From the NCBI GenBank assembly GCA_963832025.1, contig CAWHSF010000003.1:143665-207664 (forward strand): a stretch of DNA of 64,000 nt, written 5' to 3'. The stretch's first letter is position 1, and each line of letters opens with the position of its first letter. Below the pieces are notes generated by a model that saw nothing but the letters and a program-made list of their open reading frames with translations, did not search any database and had not been told where the DNA came from. The position numbers and the translations under genes were made by a program. The stretch is from Candidatus Nomurabacteria bacterium. Lineage in GTDB: Bacteria; Patescibacteriota; Minisyncoccia; Phycocordibacterales; UBA9973. Positions 10,457 to 20,415 of the stretch are shown here, piece by piece.

Positions 10457-12481
10457 ATGAGTAACTTTTTATTGTTTGCAATGTTGAGTGCGGTGATAGC
10501 TATCGTTTACGGTTTATTTTTAGCGAAAACAATATTAAAAAAGAGCGCCGGTAATGCTCGTATGCAAGAAATCGCCAAAGCGATTCAAGAAGGCGCGAGT
10601 GCTTATTTAAATAAACAATATAAAACTATCGGCATGATTGCGGTAGTTCTTTTTTTTATCATCGGCTCGGTGCCAAAACTCGGCTGGACGATGGCTTGTG
10701 GATTTTTAGTTGGAGCAGTCTTTTCTGCTTTGGCTGGATACATCGGTATGAATGTTTCCGTTCGAGCAAATGTTCGCACCACCGAAGCCGCTCGCGGTGG
10801 AATCAATGAAGCTCTTTCTCTCGCTTTCAAGGGTGGCACAGTTACCGGACTTTTAGTCGTTGGCCTGGCTCTGCTTGGAGTAACCGTTTTTTATGCAATT
10901 ACCAAAGATGTGACAGCCCTTGTCGGACTTGGTTTTGGCGCTTCGCTCATCTCGGTTTTTGCCAGACTGGGTGGAGGAATTTTTACTAAAGCAGCGGATG
11001 TCGGCGCGGACCTCGTGGGAAAACTCGAAGCTGGAATTCCGGAAGATGATCCTAGAAATCCAGGGGTGATTGCGGACAATGTCGGAGACAACGTCGGAGA
11101 CTGTGCAGGAATGGCCGCTGACTTGTTTGAAACTTATGCGGTCACTTCCGTCGCCACAATGCTCTTGGGCTCACTTATTTTTGCCGGTTTTCAAAATGCA
11201 CTTGTCTACCCTCTCGTGATTGGTGGTATTGCAATTTTTGCATCCATCATCGGAACTTGGTTTGTTCGATTGAGTAAAAAAGGGAATCAGTCAGACAACA
11301 TCATGGGAGCTTTATATAAAGGACTAATCGCTGCTGGAGTAATCGCTGCTATAGCATTCTATCCTGTTACAAAACTATTGATGTCAGGCAACGGCAGATA
11401 CTCTGTAATGAATTTATTCATCTGCTCTCTGGTTGGTCTTTTTGTCACCGGAGCTCTCGTCGTAATCACCGAATATTTTACTTCTACAAAATATTCTCCT
11501 GTTAAATCCATTGCAAAGGCATCCGTCTCCGGACACGGAACAAATGTGATTCAAGGATTAGCTGTTTCCATGAAATCTACCGCGTTGCCATTAATCACGA
11601 TTGTTCTAGGGATCATCATAAGTTATTACTACGGCGGACTTTACGGTATTGCTGTCGCTGCCATGTCCATGCTTTCTATGACCGGTATTGTTGTGGCAAT
11701 TGATGCATATGGTCCAATTACCGATAACGCCGGAGGAATTGCCGAAATGGCTGAACTTCCAAAGGAAGTTCGTGATGTGACTGATCCACTCGATGCTGTC
11801 GGTAATACCACTAAAGCTGTTACTAAAGGTTATGCAATCGGTTCCGCAGGACTCGCATCTCTCGTGCTCTTTGCTTCTTACACCGAAGAAATTGTAAAAG
11901 CTGGAAAAAGTATTTCCTTTGATTTAAGTAATCCTTATGTAATTGTCGGTCTCTTCTTGGGTGGGTTATTACCATATTATTTCGGCGCACTCTGCATGGA
12001 AGCTGTCGGAAAAACTGCCGGCAAAGTAGTGGAAGAAATTCGCCGACAGTTTAGAGAAATAAAAGGAATCATGGAAGGTAGCGCAAAACCAGATTATGCA
12101 AAAGCTGTCTCCATTATCACAGGTGAAGCGATACACCAAATGATTCTGCCTGCATTGATTCCCGTTCTTGCGCCAATTTTAGTAATTTTAATTTTCGGAA
12201 AAACTAACGGTTTAATAGTTTTGGGTGGATTGTTGGTTGGTTCCATTATCACCGGACTATTCGTCGCAATCTCCATGACTTCCGGTGGAGGTGCTTGGGA
12301 TAATGCAAAAAAATATATTGAACAAGGAAATTTTGGCGGCAAAGGCAGTGAAGCGCACAAGGCCGCAGTCACCGGAGACACCGTGGGTGACCCCTACAAA
12401 GACACCGCCGGTCCGGCCATCAACCCGATGATTAAAATCTTGAACATCGTGGCCTTGCTTTTAGTCATCTTCTTAATCTAA
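10457..12481 (+). CDS. hppA: membrane-bound ion-translocating pyrophosphatase
   Basis: 674 aa polytopic. Motifs [18 protein letters not shown] and [17 protein letters not shown]. Confidence 0.9.
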   Translation: MSNFLLFAMLSAVIAIVYGLFLAKTILKKSAGNARMQEIAKAIQEGASAYLNKQYKTIGMIAVVLFFIIGSVPKLGWTMACGFLVGAVFSALAGYIGMNVSVRANVRTTEAARGGINEALSLAFKGGTVTGLLVVGLALLGVTVFYAITKDVTALVGLGFGASLISVFARLGGGIFTKAADVGADLVGKLEAGIPEDDPRNPGVIADNVGDNVGDCAGMAADLFETYAVTSVATMLLGSLIFAGFQNALVYPLVIGGIAIFASIIGTWFVRLSKKGNQSDNIMGALYKGLIAAGVIAAIAFYPVTKLLMSGNGRYSVMNLFICSLVGLFVTGALVVITEYFTSTKYSPVKSIAKASVSGHGTNVIQGLAVSMKSTALPLITIVLGIIISYYYGGLYGIAVAAMSMLSMTGIVVAIDAYGPITDNAGGIAEMAELPKEVRDVTDPLDAVGNTTKAVTKGYAIGSAGLASLVLFASYTEEIVKAGKSISFDLSNPYVIVGLFLGGLLPYYFGALCMEAVGKTAGKVVEEIRRQFREIKGIMEGSAKPDYAKAVSIITGEAIHQMILPALIPVLAPILVILIFGKTNGLIVLGGLLVGSIITGLFVAISMTSGGGAWDNAKKYIEQGNFGGKGSEAHKAAVTGDTVGDPYKDTAGPAINPMIKILNIVALLLVIFLI

Positions 12482-12500
12482 ATAAAAATTGTCGAAGGTG

Positions 12501-12616
12501 TAGTTTTTATGAAACTTTGTGCAGGTCATTCGACTCTGAGAGTCTCAGACTCGATGAGCGGGTAGCCGAGCAAAGCAAAAATTCAGCAGAATTTTATGCG
12601 TGTTGAATAAAAACTA
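12501..12616. repeat. family-B palindromic element, 116 bp (inverted twin at 54417-54532)
   Basis: The reverse complement matches 54417-54532 at 114/116 positions. Core gcgggtagccgagca, outer arms tagtttttatgaaac / gttgaataaaaacta. Confidence 0.9.
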
Positions 12617-12646
12617 TACCGAGAAAGATTTTTATTTAAACAACAT

Positions 12647-13741
12647 ATGCAAATAAAAATAACAAAATTACCAAAAAGTGAAATAGAAATTGAAGGAGAG
12701 CTGGAAGCAGATATTTTTGAGACTTATTTTTCCAAAGCGGTAAAAAGAATCGGAGAAACAATAAAAATTGATGGCTTTCGCCCTGGAAAAATTCCAGAAA
12801 GCGTTTTGCTTTCCAAAGTCCCAGAATCTCAAATCTTAGAAGAGATGGCAGAGCTCGCTTTGAATGAACACTATCCTAAAATTATTGATGAAAATAAAAT
12901 TGACGCAATCAGTCGTCCGGAAATTTCTATCCTAAAACTAGCTAGAAAAAACCCGCTCGGTTTTAAAATCAAAACCGCAGTAATACCGGAGATGAAACTT
13001 CCTGACTACAAAAAAATTGCCAAGGAAATAATTTCTAAAATTACCGACGAAGAAAAAAATGTCGCAGTCACGGATGAAGATTTAGAAAATACTATAATGG
13101 ATATACGAAAATCTCGCGCTCCAAAAATACATATGGCAGAAGTGGCAGTCCAGACGTCCGACGTTAAAGATGCCCCAACGTCGGACGTCGAGAATACCGA
13201 AATCAAAACAGAAACCAAAGAAGAACTTCCCGAATTCAATGATGAATTTGTGCAGGCGCTCGGACCTTTTAAAGATGTTAAGGACTTTAAAGAAAAATTA
13301 AAGGAAAATCTTAAACTGGAAAAAGAAAATGCTCAAAAAGAAAAAACCAGAATAAAAATAATTGAAAAAATAATTGAGGAGAGCGCAATAGAGACGCCTG
13401 AAATTTTAATTGAAGTTGAGCTAGATAAAATTTTATATCGAATGGAATCAGATATTACCCAGATGGGTCTCAAGTTTGAAGATTATTTAAAACATCTTAA
13501 TAAAACAATTGATGATTTGAGAAAAGAATTTCGCGGAGATGCTGAGAAAAAAGCGAAACTTGCCCTTGTGTTAAATGAAATAGCAAAAGAGGAAAAAATT
13601 ACTGCCGATCCCGAACAAGTTGCACGCGAAGTCGCTGCCATTTTGGAACATTACAAGGAAGCGGACCCGGAACGCGCAGCAATGCACGCCGAGAACGTGC
13701 TCACCAACGAAAAAATCTTTCAGTTTTTGGAAAATCAATAA
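12647..13741 (+). CDS. tig: trigger factor
   Basis: N-terminal GFRPGKIP motif and overall TF architecture. PPIase region short or divergent. Confidence 0.8.
   Translation: MQIKITKLPKSEIEIEGELEADIFETYFSKAVKRIGETIKIDGFRPGKIPESVLLSKVPESQILEEMAELALNEHYPKIIDENKIDAISRPEISILKLARKNPLGFKIKTAVIPEMKLPDYKKIAKEIISKITDEEKNVAVTDEDLENTIMDIRKSRAPKIHMAEVAVQTSDVKDAPTSDVENTEIKTETKEELPEFNDEFVQALGPFKDVKDFKEKLKENLKLEKENAQKEKTRIKIIEKIIEESAIETPEILIEVELDKILYRMESDITQMGLKFEDYLKHLNKTIDDLRKEFRGDAEKKAKLALVLNEIAKEEKITADPEQVAREVAAILEHYKEADPERAAMHAENVLTNEKIFQFLENQ
13153..13189. repeat. family-A-like hairpin inside tig coding sequence
   Basis: Perfect 13-bp arms gacgtccgacgtt / aacgtcggacgtc, 11-nt loop. Translated as TSDVKDAPTSDV. 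Confidence 0.8.
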
Positions 13742-13744
13742 AGG

Positions 13745-14662
13745 TTATAAACCAAACACGTAAAGAAATAACGCCATGCGCACATAGAGACCGTTTTGCG
13801 CTTGACGGAAGTAATCAGCGCGTGGGTCAGCATCAACCTCCAATTCAATCTCGTTTATTTTCGGCAAGGGATGCATGATGATTGCATTATTTTTCAAGTT
13901 TTTTAAGTGAGATTTTTTCAAAATAAATAAATCTTTGACTTTTTCATAGTCGGCAAGGTTTGCAAAACGTTCTTTCTGCACTCTGGTCATATAAAGCACA
14001 TCCAGGTCCGGTAAGGCTTCTTCTAAACTTTGCATCTCTTTGAATTCAACATTGGCATCTTTCAGTTCTTGAATAAATTCTTTCGGCAATTTTAATTCTT
14101 TCGGTGAAATAAAGTAAAATTTATTACCTTCGTAAAATCGCAAAAACGGAACGAGAGATTTTAATGTTCGACTGTTTAACAAATCTCCACCAAAGCCAAT
14201 ATTTAAATTGGTGAGTCGTCCATGCTCTTTTTTGATAGTATAAAGATCCAAAAGTCCTTGTGATGGATGTTGATTGGCTCCATCGCCAGCGTTGATTAAA
14301 GGTTTAGTAGCTACTTTGGAGGCATTTTCTAGGATACCTTCTTTAGGATGACGCATCACAATAACATCCGCATAAGCACAAAGCATTCTAGTGGTGTCCT
14401 CAATGCTTTCACCTTTATAGGACGAAGAATTAGCCGTGGCATTTTCTGCGGAAATAACTTGCGCCCCGAGTTTTAAGGCAGCTGTCTCAAAAGACAAACG
14501 AGTGCGGGTTGAAGGCTCAAAAAAAATACATGCCACAATCTTATCTGTTAATAATTTTTGTACTTTATTGCTTTTGCATTCTTGTTCCATCTTTTCTGCT
14601 GTAGCTAGAATCTTTTCTACATCTTCTTTTTTAAATTGCCTGGCTGAAATAATGTTTTTCAT
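13745..14662 (-). CDS. pyrB: aspartate carbamoyltransferase catalytic subunit
   Basis: FFEPSTRTRLSFE and HPSQGLLD motifs. Confidence 0.9.
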   Translation of the reverse strand: MKNIISARQFKKEDVEKILATAEKMEQECKSNKVQKLLTDKIVACIFFEPSTRTRLSFETAALKLGAQVISAENATANSSSYKGESIEDTTRMLCAYADVIVMRHPKEGILENASKVATKPLINAGDGANQHPSQGLLDLYTIKKEHGRLTNLNIGFGGDLLNSRTLKSLVPFLRFYEGNKFYFISPKELKLPKEFIQELKDANVEFKEMQSLEEALPDLDVLYMTRVQKERFANLADYEKVKDLFILKKSHLKNLKNNAIIMHPLPKINEIELEVDADPRADYFRQAQNGLYVRMALFLYVFGL

Positions 14663-17600
14663 AAATATTCTTTGTAAGACTTAATTTCTAAATTTTCAAC
14701 CGGGTAATGCGCTAGGGCTTTAATAAAAGCGCGGGCTAGATGTAAATCGGTAAATAAAGGAATCTGGCTATCAACGGTGGCTCGACGGATATGGAAGCCG
14801 TCACTCTCCACATGCCCTCCTTTTTCTTTTCCATTTTCTATTGTATTTCCTGTCTTGCTCAAAGAAACAACAAAGGAAACTTTTTTGCTTTCTATTATAT
14901 TAATCGCATTCGGAAGTTGTTGATATGCTTTGCGAACTGTTTCACACTTTATATTATACTTCTTTAAAAACAGAGCAGTGGTGTCTGTCGCAAAAATATT
15001 ATAGCCCATGGAAATTAAAATATTGGCTGCTTCCAGAAATTTAGCTTTATTTAATTCTCCGCCCAGTGAAAGTAAGACATTTTTATTTTTAAAATCAAAT
15101 TTATTGGTACTCAAAATTGATTTTAATAAAGCTTCATCGTAATCTCTCCCAAAACAAGCCGCCTCGCCGGTTGAAGACATTTCCACTCGCAATATTGGGT
15201 CGGCGCCAAGCAATCTGGAAAAGGAAAATTGTGGACTTTTTACAATCACGCTTTTCGGATAGATAAATTGATGGGGCTTGGCTTTCCCAAAAAAACTATC
15301 AACGGCAAATTCCGCAAAGTTCGTATCCATGGCTTTTGATAAAAGCGGGAAAGTACGACTGGCTCGCACATTTACTTCAATCACAAAAGGACGATTGTCC
15401 TTTACTAAAAATTGAATATTAAATGGTCCGGTTATGGAAAGTTCCTGCGCAATTTTTTTGGCAATTTCTCTCAATTGAAACTCGGTGGAAGCATATACTC
15501 TCTGTGATGGATAGACAATTGTCGCATCTCCGGAGTGTACTCCGGCATTTTCAACATGTTCTGAAATACCATAAATCATCAATGCGCCGTTTTGCGCGAC
15601 CGCATCAAATTCAAGTTCCTTGGCACTTTCTATATATTTAGAAATAGTTACGGGATGAAGCGGAGAAAGCACGGCAGCTTTGTTTATAAAATTATATAAT
15701 TGTTCCTTGTTGTAACACACTCGCATGGCCGAACCGGAAAGAACATAAGAGGGCCTAACCAAAACCGGGAAACCTTCGCGCTCAGTAAATTTTTCGGCTT
15801 CTTGACGCGAGGTAAAACTCTGCCATTTTGGTTGCAAGATGTTCAGTTTGTCCAGTAAAGCAGAAAACAAATTGCGGTCTTCTGCCCTGTCAATATCTAC
15901 CGCCTTGGTTCCTAAAATATTAAAACCGGCTTCTGCAATTTGCTTGGCTAAATTATTTGGCCTTTGTCCGCCGACAGAAATAATTAGTCCATCCGCTTTC
16001 TCAAATTCAAAAATATCTGCGACCGTTTCAAAAGATAAGTTTTCGAAATACAATCTATCTGACATATCATAATCAGTCGAAACAGTTTCCGGATTGCAAT
16101 TTATGATGATGGATGCTTTTTTGTGTCTACGAAGTGCAAGCCCGGCATGTACACATGACCAATCAAATTCTACGGAAGAACCAATATGATATGGCCCACT
16201 ACCCAACACAACAATTGCATTCTTTCCTATTGGAGAGACATCATTGTGCATGCCGTGATATGTCAGATATAAATAATTGGTTTTAGCTGGCACCTCTCCC
16301 GCCAAAGTATCAATCGCAAAAATAAATGGTTTAACTCCCAAACTGATACGTAATTTACGAATTTCCAATTCTTTTTTACCACACAAAGTTCCAATTTTTT
16401 TATCCGAAAAACCATTCTGTTTTAAAAGGAGGATACTTTCTTTATTAAAAGAATGTAAACGATTTTTGATAAAATTTTTCTCTATATTTACGATATTTTC
16501 TATTCTATATAAAAACCACAAATCGATGCCTGTTATTTTATGAATTTCTTTCACTGTCATGCCTTTTTTTATACTTTCGGCCACTGCAAATATTCTCCTA
16601 GGGGTTGGCGTTTTCAGAAAGAAATTTAGTTCCTGCTTATTTTTAAAACCATTGTCAGTGACACTTTCGGTGTTGCCGGATTGCATGCGAATTGCTTTCC
16701 CTAGTGCCTCTTCAAAACTTCGCCCGATTCCCATCACTTCCCCGACGGATTTCATAGCACTACCTATCTTTTCCACTGCGCCGACAAATTTTACTAAATC
16801 CCATCGAGGTATTTTTACCACCACGTAGTCCAGCGCCGGTTCAAAAAAACTTTGGGTAACTTTTGTGATTTTGTTCTCTATCTCAAGCAGAGTTTTCCCC
16901 AAAGCAAGTTTTGCGGCAACATAAGCCAGCGGATATCCGGTAGCTTTGGATGCCAAAGCGCTTGAGCGAGAAAGACGCGCATTTACTTCAATCACAAAAT
17001 AATCTACTCCACCCTTCGCCCTCCCCTTATTAAGGGGAGGGTTGGGAGGGGTCGGATTTAAGGCAAATTGTACGTTGCACTCACCGACTATTTTTAAACT
17101 TTGCACAATTTTAATGCTTGCTTCTCGCAATCTATGATATTCTTCGTTGTTTAATGTTTGGCTCGGAGCAACAACAATCGAATCTCCGGTATGAATGCCA
17201 AGTGGGTCTAAGTTTTCCATATTACAAACCGTCACAGTGTTGCCAGAAGTATCACGCACCACCTCGTATTCAATTTCTTTAAAATGGTGCAAGTACTTTT
17301 CAATTAAAACCTGCGGGGAAACAGACAATGCTCCTTTGACGATTTCCTCCAGTTCTTTTTCGTCATGGGCAACTCCGGACTTTTGCCCACCCAAAGCAAA
17401 AGCCGCCCGCACCATCAGAGGAAAACCGATTTTTTTCGCAACAACTTGCGCTTCTTTTAAATTCACAGCGCTACCGGAAGGTGGCACCGGAACATCAATA
17501 CTTCTTAGGTGTCTCGCAAACTCTTCTCGGTCTTCGGTTAAAATGATGGAAGAAATGGGACTGCCTAAAACTTCTATCCCGTATTTTTTAAAAACACCTT

Positions 17601-17922
17601 TTTTGAAAAGCGCCAACCCGCAATTTAAAGCTGTTTGGCCACCGAAAGAAAGCATGATACCGTCTGGTCGTTCTTTTTCTATGACTTTTTCCACAAAATA
17701 TTCGTCCACCGGCAAAAAATAAACTTGGTCGGCCAGAGTTTTGGAAGTTTGAAAAGTGGCAATGTTTGGATTCACTAAAATAATCTCCTTCTTTTCTTCT
17801 TTCAAGGCTTTAATTGCTTGACTGCCGGAATAATCAAATTCACCGGCCTCGCCGATTTTCAAAGCGCCTGAACCCAGGATTAATATTTTTTTCATTAATT
17901 TTAATTTTTTATTTTTCTCCAT
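14659..17922 (-). CDS. carB: carbamoyl-phosphate synthase large subunit
   Basis: 1087 aa, duplicated ATP-grasp halves, SRSSALASKATGYP motif, C-terminal MGS-like domain. The start could also be 17895. Confidence 0.92.
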   Translation of the reverse strand: MEKNKKLKLMKKILILGSGALKIGEAGEFDYSGSQAIKALKEEKKEIILVNPNIATFQTSKTLADQVYFLPVDEYFVEKVIEKERPDGIMLSFGGQTALNCGLALFKKGVFKKYGIEVLGSPISSIILTEDREEFARHLRSIDVPVPPSGSAVNLKEAQVVAKKIGFPLMVRAAFALGGQKSGVAHDEKELEEIVKGALSVSPQVLIEKYLHHFKEIEYEVVRDTSGNTVTVCNMENLDPLGIHTGDSIVVAPSQTLNNEEYHRLREASIKIVQSLKIVGECNVQFALNPTPPNPPLNKGRAKGGVDYFVIEVNARLSRSSALASKATGYPLAYVAAKLALGKTLLEIENKITKVTQSFFEPALDYVVVKIPRWDLVKFVGAVEKIGSAMKSVGEVMGIGRSFEEALGKAIRMQSGNTESVTDNGFKNKQELNFFLKTPTPRRIFAVAESIKKGMTVKEIHKITGIDLWFLYRIENIVNIEKNFIKNRLHSFNKESILLLKQNGFSDKKIGTLCGKKELEIRKLRISLGVKPFIFAIDTLAGEVPAKTNYLYLTYHGMHNDVSPIGKNAIVVLGSGPYHIGSSVEFDWSCVHAGLALRRHKKASIIINCNPETVSTDYDMSDRLYFENLSFETVADIFEFEKADGLIISVGGQRPNNLAKQIAEAGFNILGTKAVDIDRAEDRNLFSALLDKLNILQPKWQSFTSRQEAEKFTEREGFPVLVRPSYVLSGSAMRVCYNKEQLYNFINKAAVLSPLHPVTISKYIESAKELEFDAVAQNGALMIYGISEHVENAGVHSGDATIVYPSQRVYASTEFQLREIAKKIAQELSITGPFNIQFLVKDNRPFVIEVNVRASRTFPLLSKAMDTNFAEFAVDSFFGKAKPHQFIYPKSVIVKSPQFSFSRLLGADPILRVEMSSTGEAACFGRDYDEALLKSILSTNKFDFKNKNVLLSLGGELNKAKFLEAANILISMGYNIFATDTTALFLKKYNIKCETVRKAYQQLPNAINIIESKKVSFVVSLSKTGNTIENGKEKGGHVESDGFHIRRATVDSQIPLFTDLHLARAFIKALAHYPVENLEIKSYKEYL
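17009..17055. repeat. family-C palindromic element inserted in frame in carB
   Basis: Contains cctcccctta t taaggggagg. The coding strand gives PTPPNPPLNKGRAKGG between the conserved NVQFALNP and VIEVNAR motifs. Confidence 0.8.
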
Positions 17923-17923
17923 A

Positions 17924-19003
17924 TTATTTTATAAGACCAGATTTTTTTAAAAAATAATCAAAAATCCAATCCGTATCAAGCGGTCCCGGGGAACTCTCAG
18001 GGTGAAATTGCACGGACATAAAAGGTAAATTTTTGTGGATAATGCCTTCATTTGTTTGATCATTCGCATTATAAAACCATTTATTGAAACCTTCTGGAAT
18101 TTTATCTACCGCAAATCCGTGATTTTGCGTTGTGAGATAACATTTATTTGTGCCCATCTCCACCACTGGTTGATTTTGACTACGATGACCAAATTTCATT
18201 TTGTAAGTCGTCCCTCCGCAGGCTAGCGTCAAAATTTGATTTCCTAAACAGATGCCAAGAGTTGGAATATTTTTAGCAATTATTTTTTTTACATTATTAA
18301 TGGTAATTTTTACTTTTTGGGGATCTCCGGGACCATTGGAGATTACCACGGCGGCAAAAGGGAAATTCAATTTTGTTATATCTGTATTAAATGGCACTAT
18401 GGCAACTCTAAAACCTTTCGCCACCAATCTCCTGATAATATTTTTCTTTACACCGCAATCTAAAAGGACTATGGTGTTCTCCCCTTTCCCGATAAAAGAT
18501 ATTTTTTTGGTACTAACTTCCGCTACCAAGTTTTTCAAATTTGGGTCAACAAAAACAGTATTTTTCCCCCCGATAATTAGCTTGCCCAGACTGACACCTT
18601 CGCTACGTAATTTTTGAGTTAACATCCTGGTATCTTTTATTTCAATTAACGGAACATTTTCTTTTTTAAACCATTCACCTAGTGTCATAACGCTCGCATG
18701 ATGTGAGGGTGTATCTATATAATTGCAAACGATTAGCCCGGACACTTGAATTTTTTCTGATTCCCATGAATCTTTCTTCGGCACACCATAATTCCCAATT
18801 AACGGAAAAGTTAAAACTAGTATTTGTCCTTTAAAAGAAGGGTCGGTCAGAGCTTCGGGATAGCCCACCATTCCTGTCGCGAAAACTACTTCTCCGGCAA
18901 CGGATTTTTCTCCACCAAAAGATTGCCCTTCAAATGAAGTACCATCTTTTAATATTAATTTTGCTTGCCCCGCCAATGCGTGGGCTATTTTCTTATTTGG
19001 CAT
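17924..19003 (-). CDS. carA: carbamoyl-phosphate synthase small (glutaminase) subunit
   Basis: GATase triad region GICLGNQIL and HPE near the C-terminus. Confidence 0.9.
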   Translation of the reverse strand: MPNKKIAHALAGQAKLILKDGTSFEGQSFGGEKSVAGEVVFATGMVGYPEALTDPSFKGQILVLTFPLIGNYGVPKKDSWESEKIQVSGLIVCNYIDTPSHHASVMTLGEWFKKENVPLIEIKDTRMLTQKLRSEGVSLGKLIIGGKNTVFVDPNLKNLVAEVSTKKISFIGKGENTIVLLDCGVKKNIIRRLVAKGFRVAIVPFNTDITKLNFPFAAVVISNGPGDPQKVKITINNVKKIIAKNIPTLGICLGNQILTLACGGTTYKMKFGHRSQNQPVVEMGTNKCYLTTQNHGFAVDKIPEGFNKWFYNANDQTNEGIIHKNLPFMSVQFHPESSPGPLDTDWIFDYFLKKSGLIK

Positions 19004-20240
19004 TGTAAATTTCCCCTTTAATTATGGTCATTGCGACACTGCCTGGAAAAGTCACTCCTTCAAAAGGTGACCATTTACATTTTGTTTTTAATTTTTCTTT
19101 TGTAATCGTTACTGGTTCATTCATATCAAGAACAGTTAAAGATCCAGCAAAACCTTCTTTAATTTCCCCATATTGATTGTCTGTGAATTGGTTTATAAAA
19201 TTACCTGCATTGCAACTACAAATTTTCGCAATAATTTCTGGAGTAAAATTTTTTTCTTTCATGAGCCAAGTCACAAAAGGTCCATAAGTATCCAGCTGGG
19301 GCGTGCCGGAAGTCCCTTTTATTTTTTCCTCTTTGGTGTGCGGAGCATGATCCGTGGCCAGAAAATCAATCGTTCCGTTCCTTAAAGATTCAATCAAAAA
19401 ATCTCTATCTTCTTTGCTTCGAAGTGGCGGATTCATTTGCAGCCATTTACGATTTTTCTCTGTTAACATTTCGGAATCATAATATAAATGATGTGGGGAA
19501 ACTTCTGCCACAACTTTAACTCCACGAATTTTCGCATTTCTTATTTTTTCGATTCCTTCTCTGGTGGAGCAATGACAAATTTTCCCTTGCAGATTGTATT
19601 TTTCAATCATTTGAAGCGCAAAATCTATGGCTTTGGTTTCTGCTTCTTTTGGTCGACGTTTTTCATGTAGAATTTCATTTTTATTTTCTTCTAATATTTT
19701 TGGGTCTTCACAATGAAAACTTACCGAACAATTTTTGTATTGAGCTAAAACTTTTTCTAAGTCCACAAGTGAGTGAAAAAATAAATCCCCAACGGAAGGC
19801 CCCATGAAAACTTTATAAGGCACGTTTTGAGACAACGGTTTAGTGTTTTCTCCAATCCCCGCATAAATCACAACTTCCACTTTAGCATTTTTAGTTAATT
19901 TTTTTTTGTTTTTATAACTTTCATCATCAACTGGTGGGATTGGATTGTTTGGCATTTCCATAAAAGCTATCACACCACCATTTATTGCTGCTTCACTTGC
20001 TGTCCTAAAATCTTCCTTGTAATCTTGGGTATGACTCGTGTCTTCTCTTGCATGCACATGTAAATCCACGAACCCCGGAAAAATTAATTCGCCTTTATTA
20101 AATACTAAATCGGCGACTCCTGTCGGCTCACCAATTTTGGTAATAATTCCAACCTCTTGGTCGATTTCAATTCGGCCTTTTTTACATTCTCGTGTATTCA
20201 CAATAATGCCTTCTATGCTAAGCATAAATTTTATATTCAC
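18993..20240 (-). CDS. pyrC: dihydroorotase (amidohydrolase family)
   Basis: DLHVHAR metal-binding motif and position in the pyr block. Start is GTG 20240 or ATG 20225. Confidence 0.8.
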   Translation of the reverse strand: MNIKFMLSIEGIIVNTRECKKGRIEIDQEVGIITKIGEPTGVADLVFNKGELIFPGFVDLHVHAREDTSHTQDYKEDFRTASEAAINGGVIAFMEMPNNPIPPVDDESYKNKKKLTKNAKVEVVIYAGIGENTKPLSQNVPYKVFMGPSVGDLFFHSLVDLEKVLAQYKNCSVSFHCEDPKILEENKNEILHEKRRPKEAETKAIDFALQMIEKYNLQGKICHCSTREGIEKIRNAKIRGVKVVAEVSPHHLYYDSEMLTEKNRKWLQMNPPLRSKEDRDFLIESLRNGTIDFLATDHAPHTKEEKIKGTSGTPQLDTYGPFVTWLMKEKNFTPEIIAKICSCNAGNFINQFTDNQYGEIKEGFAGSLTVLDMNEPVTITKEKLKTKCKWSPFEGVTFPGSVAMTIIKGEIYNAK

Positions 20241-20254
20241 CTACTCGTTTGGAC

Positions 20255-20280
20255 AAAAAAATAACCCCTCTAGGGGCTTT
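20255..20280 (-). terminator. short GC hairpin plus U7 directly upstream of pyrC (terminator or attenuator candidate)
   Basis: Minus strand reads aaagCCCCtagaGGGGttaTTTTTTT, ending about 15 nt before the pyrC start. Lies in the 175-nt pyrF-pyrC gap. Confidence 0.35.
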
Positions 20281-20415
20281 AATAACAGAAAGTATATTGG
20301 GAGTGCGAAAGAAGAAAATATAAAATAGAGAGTTTGTCAGGTTTTTAAAATTTTTCTTTATTCTTTGCATTAGGAGAAATGGTAGCATTTTAAAAACTAG
20401 AAGCAAGTGGATAAC

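Noticed and set aside
20262-20280. PyrR-binding anti-antiterminator loop in the pyrF-pyrC gap
   Set aside because: Only about 8/12 match to the ARUCCAGAGAGGYU consensus, no pyrR gene in the window, and the stem is very short. It is kept only as a weak attenuator candidate.
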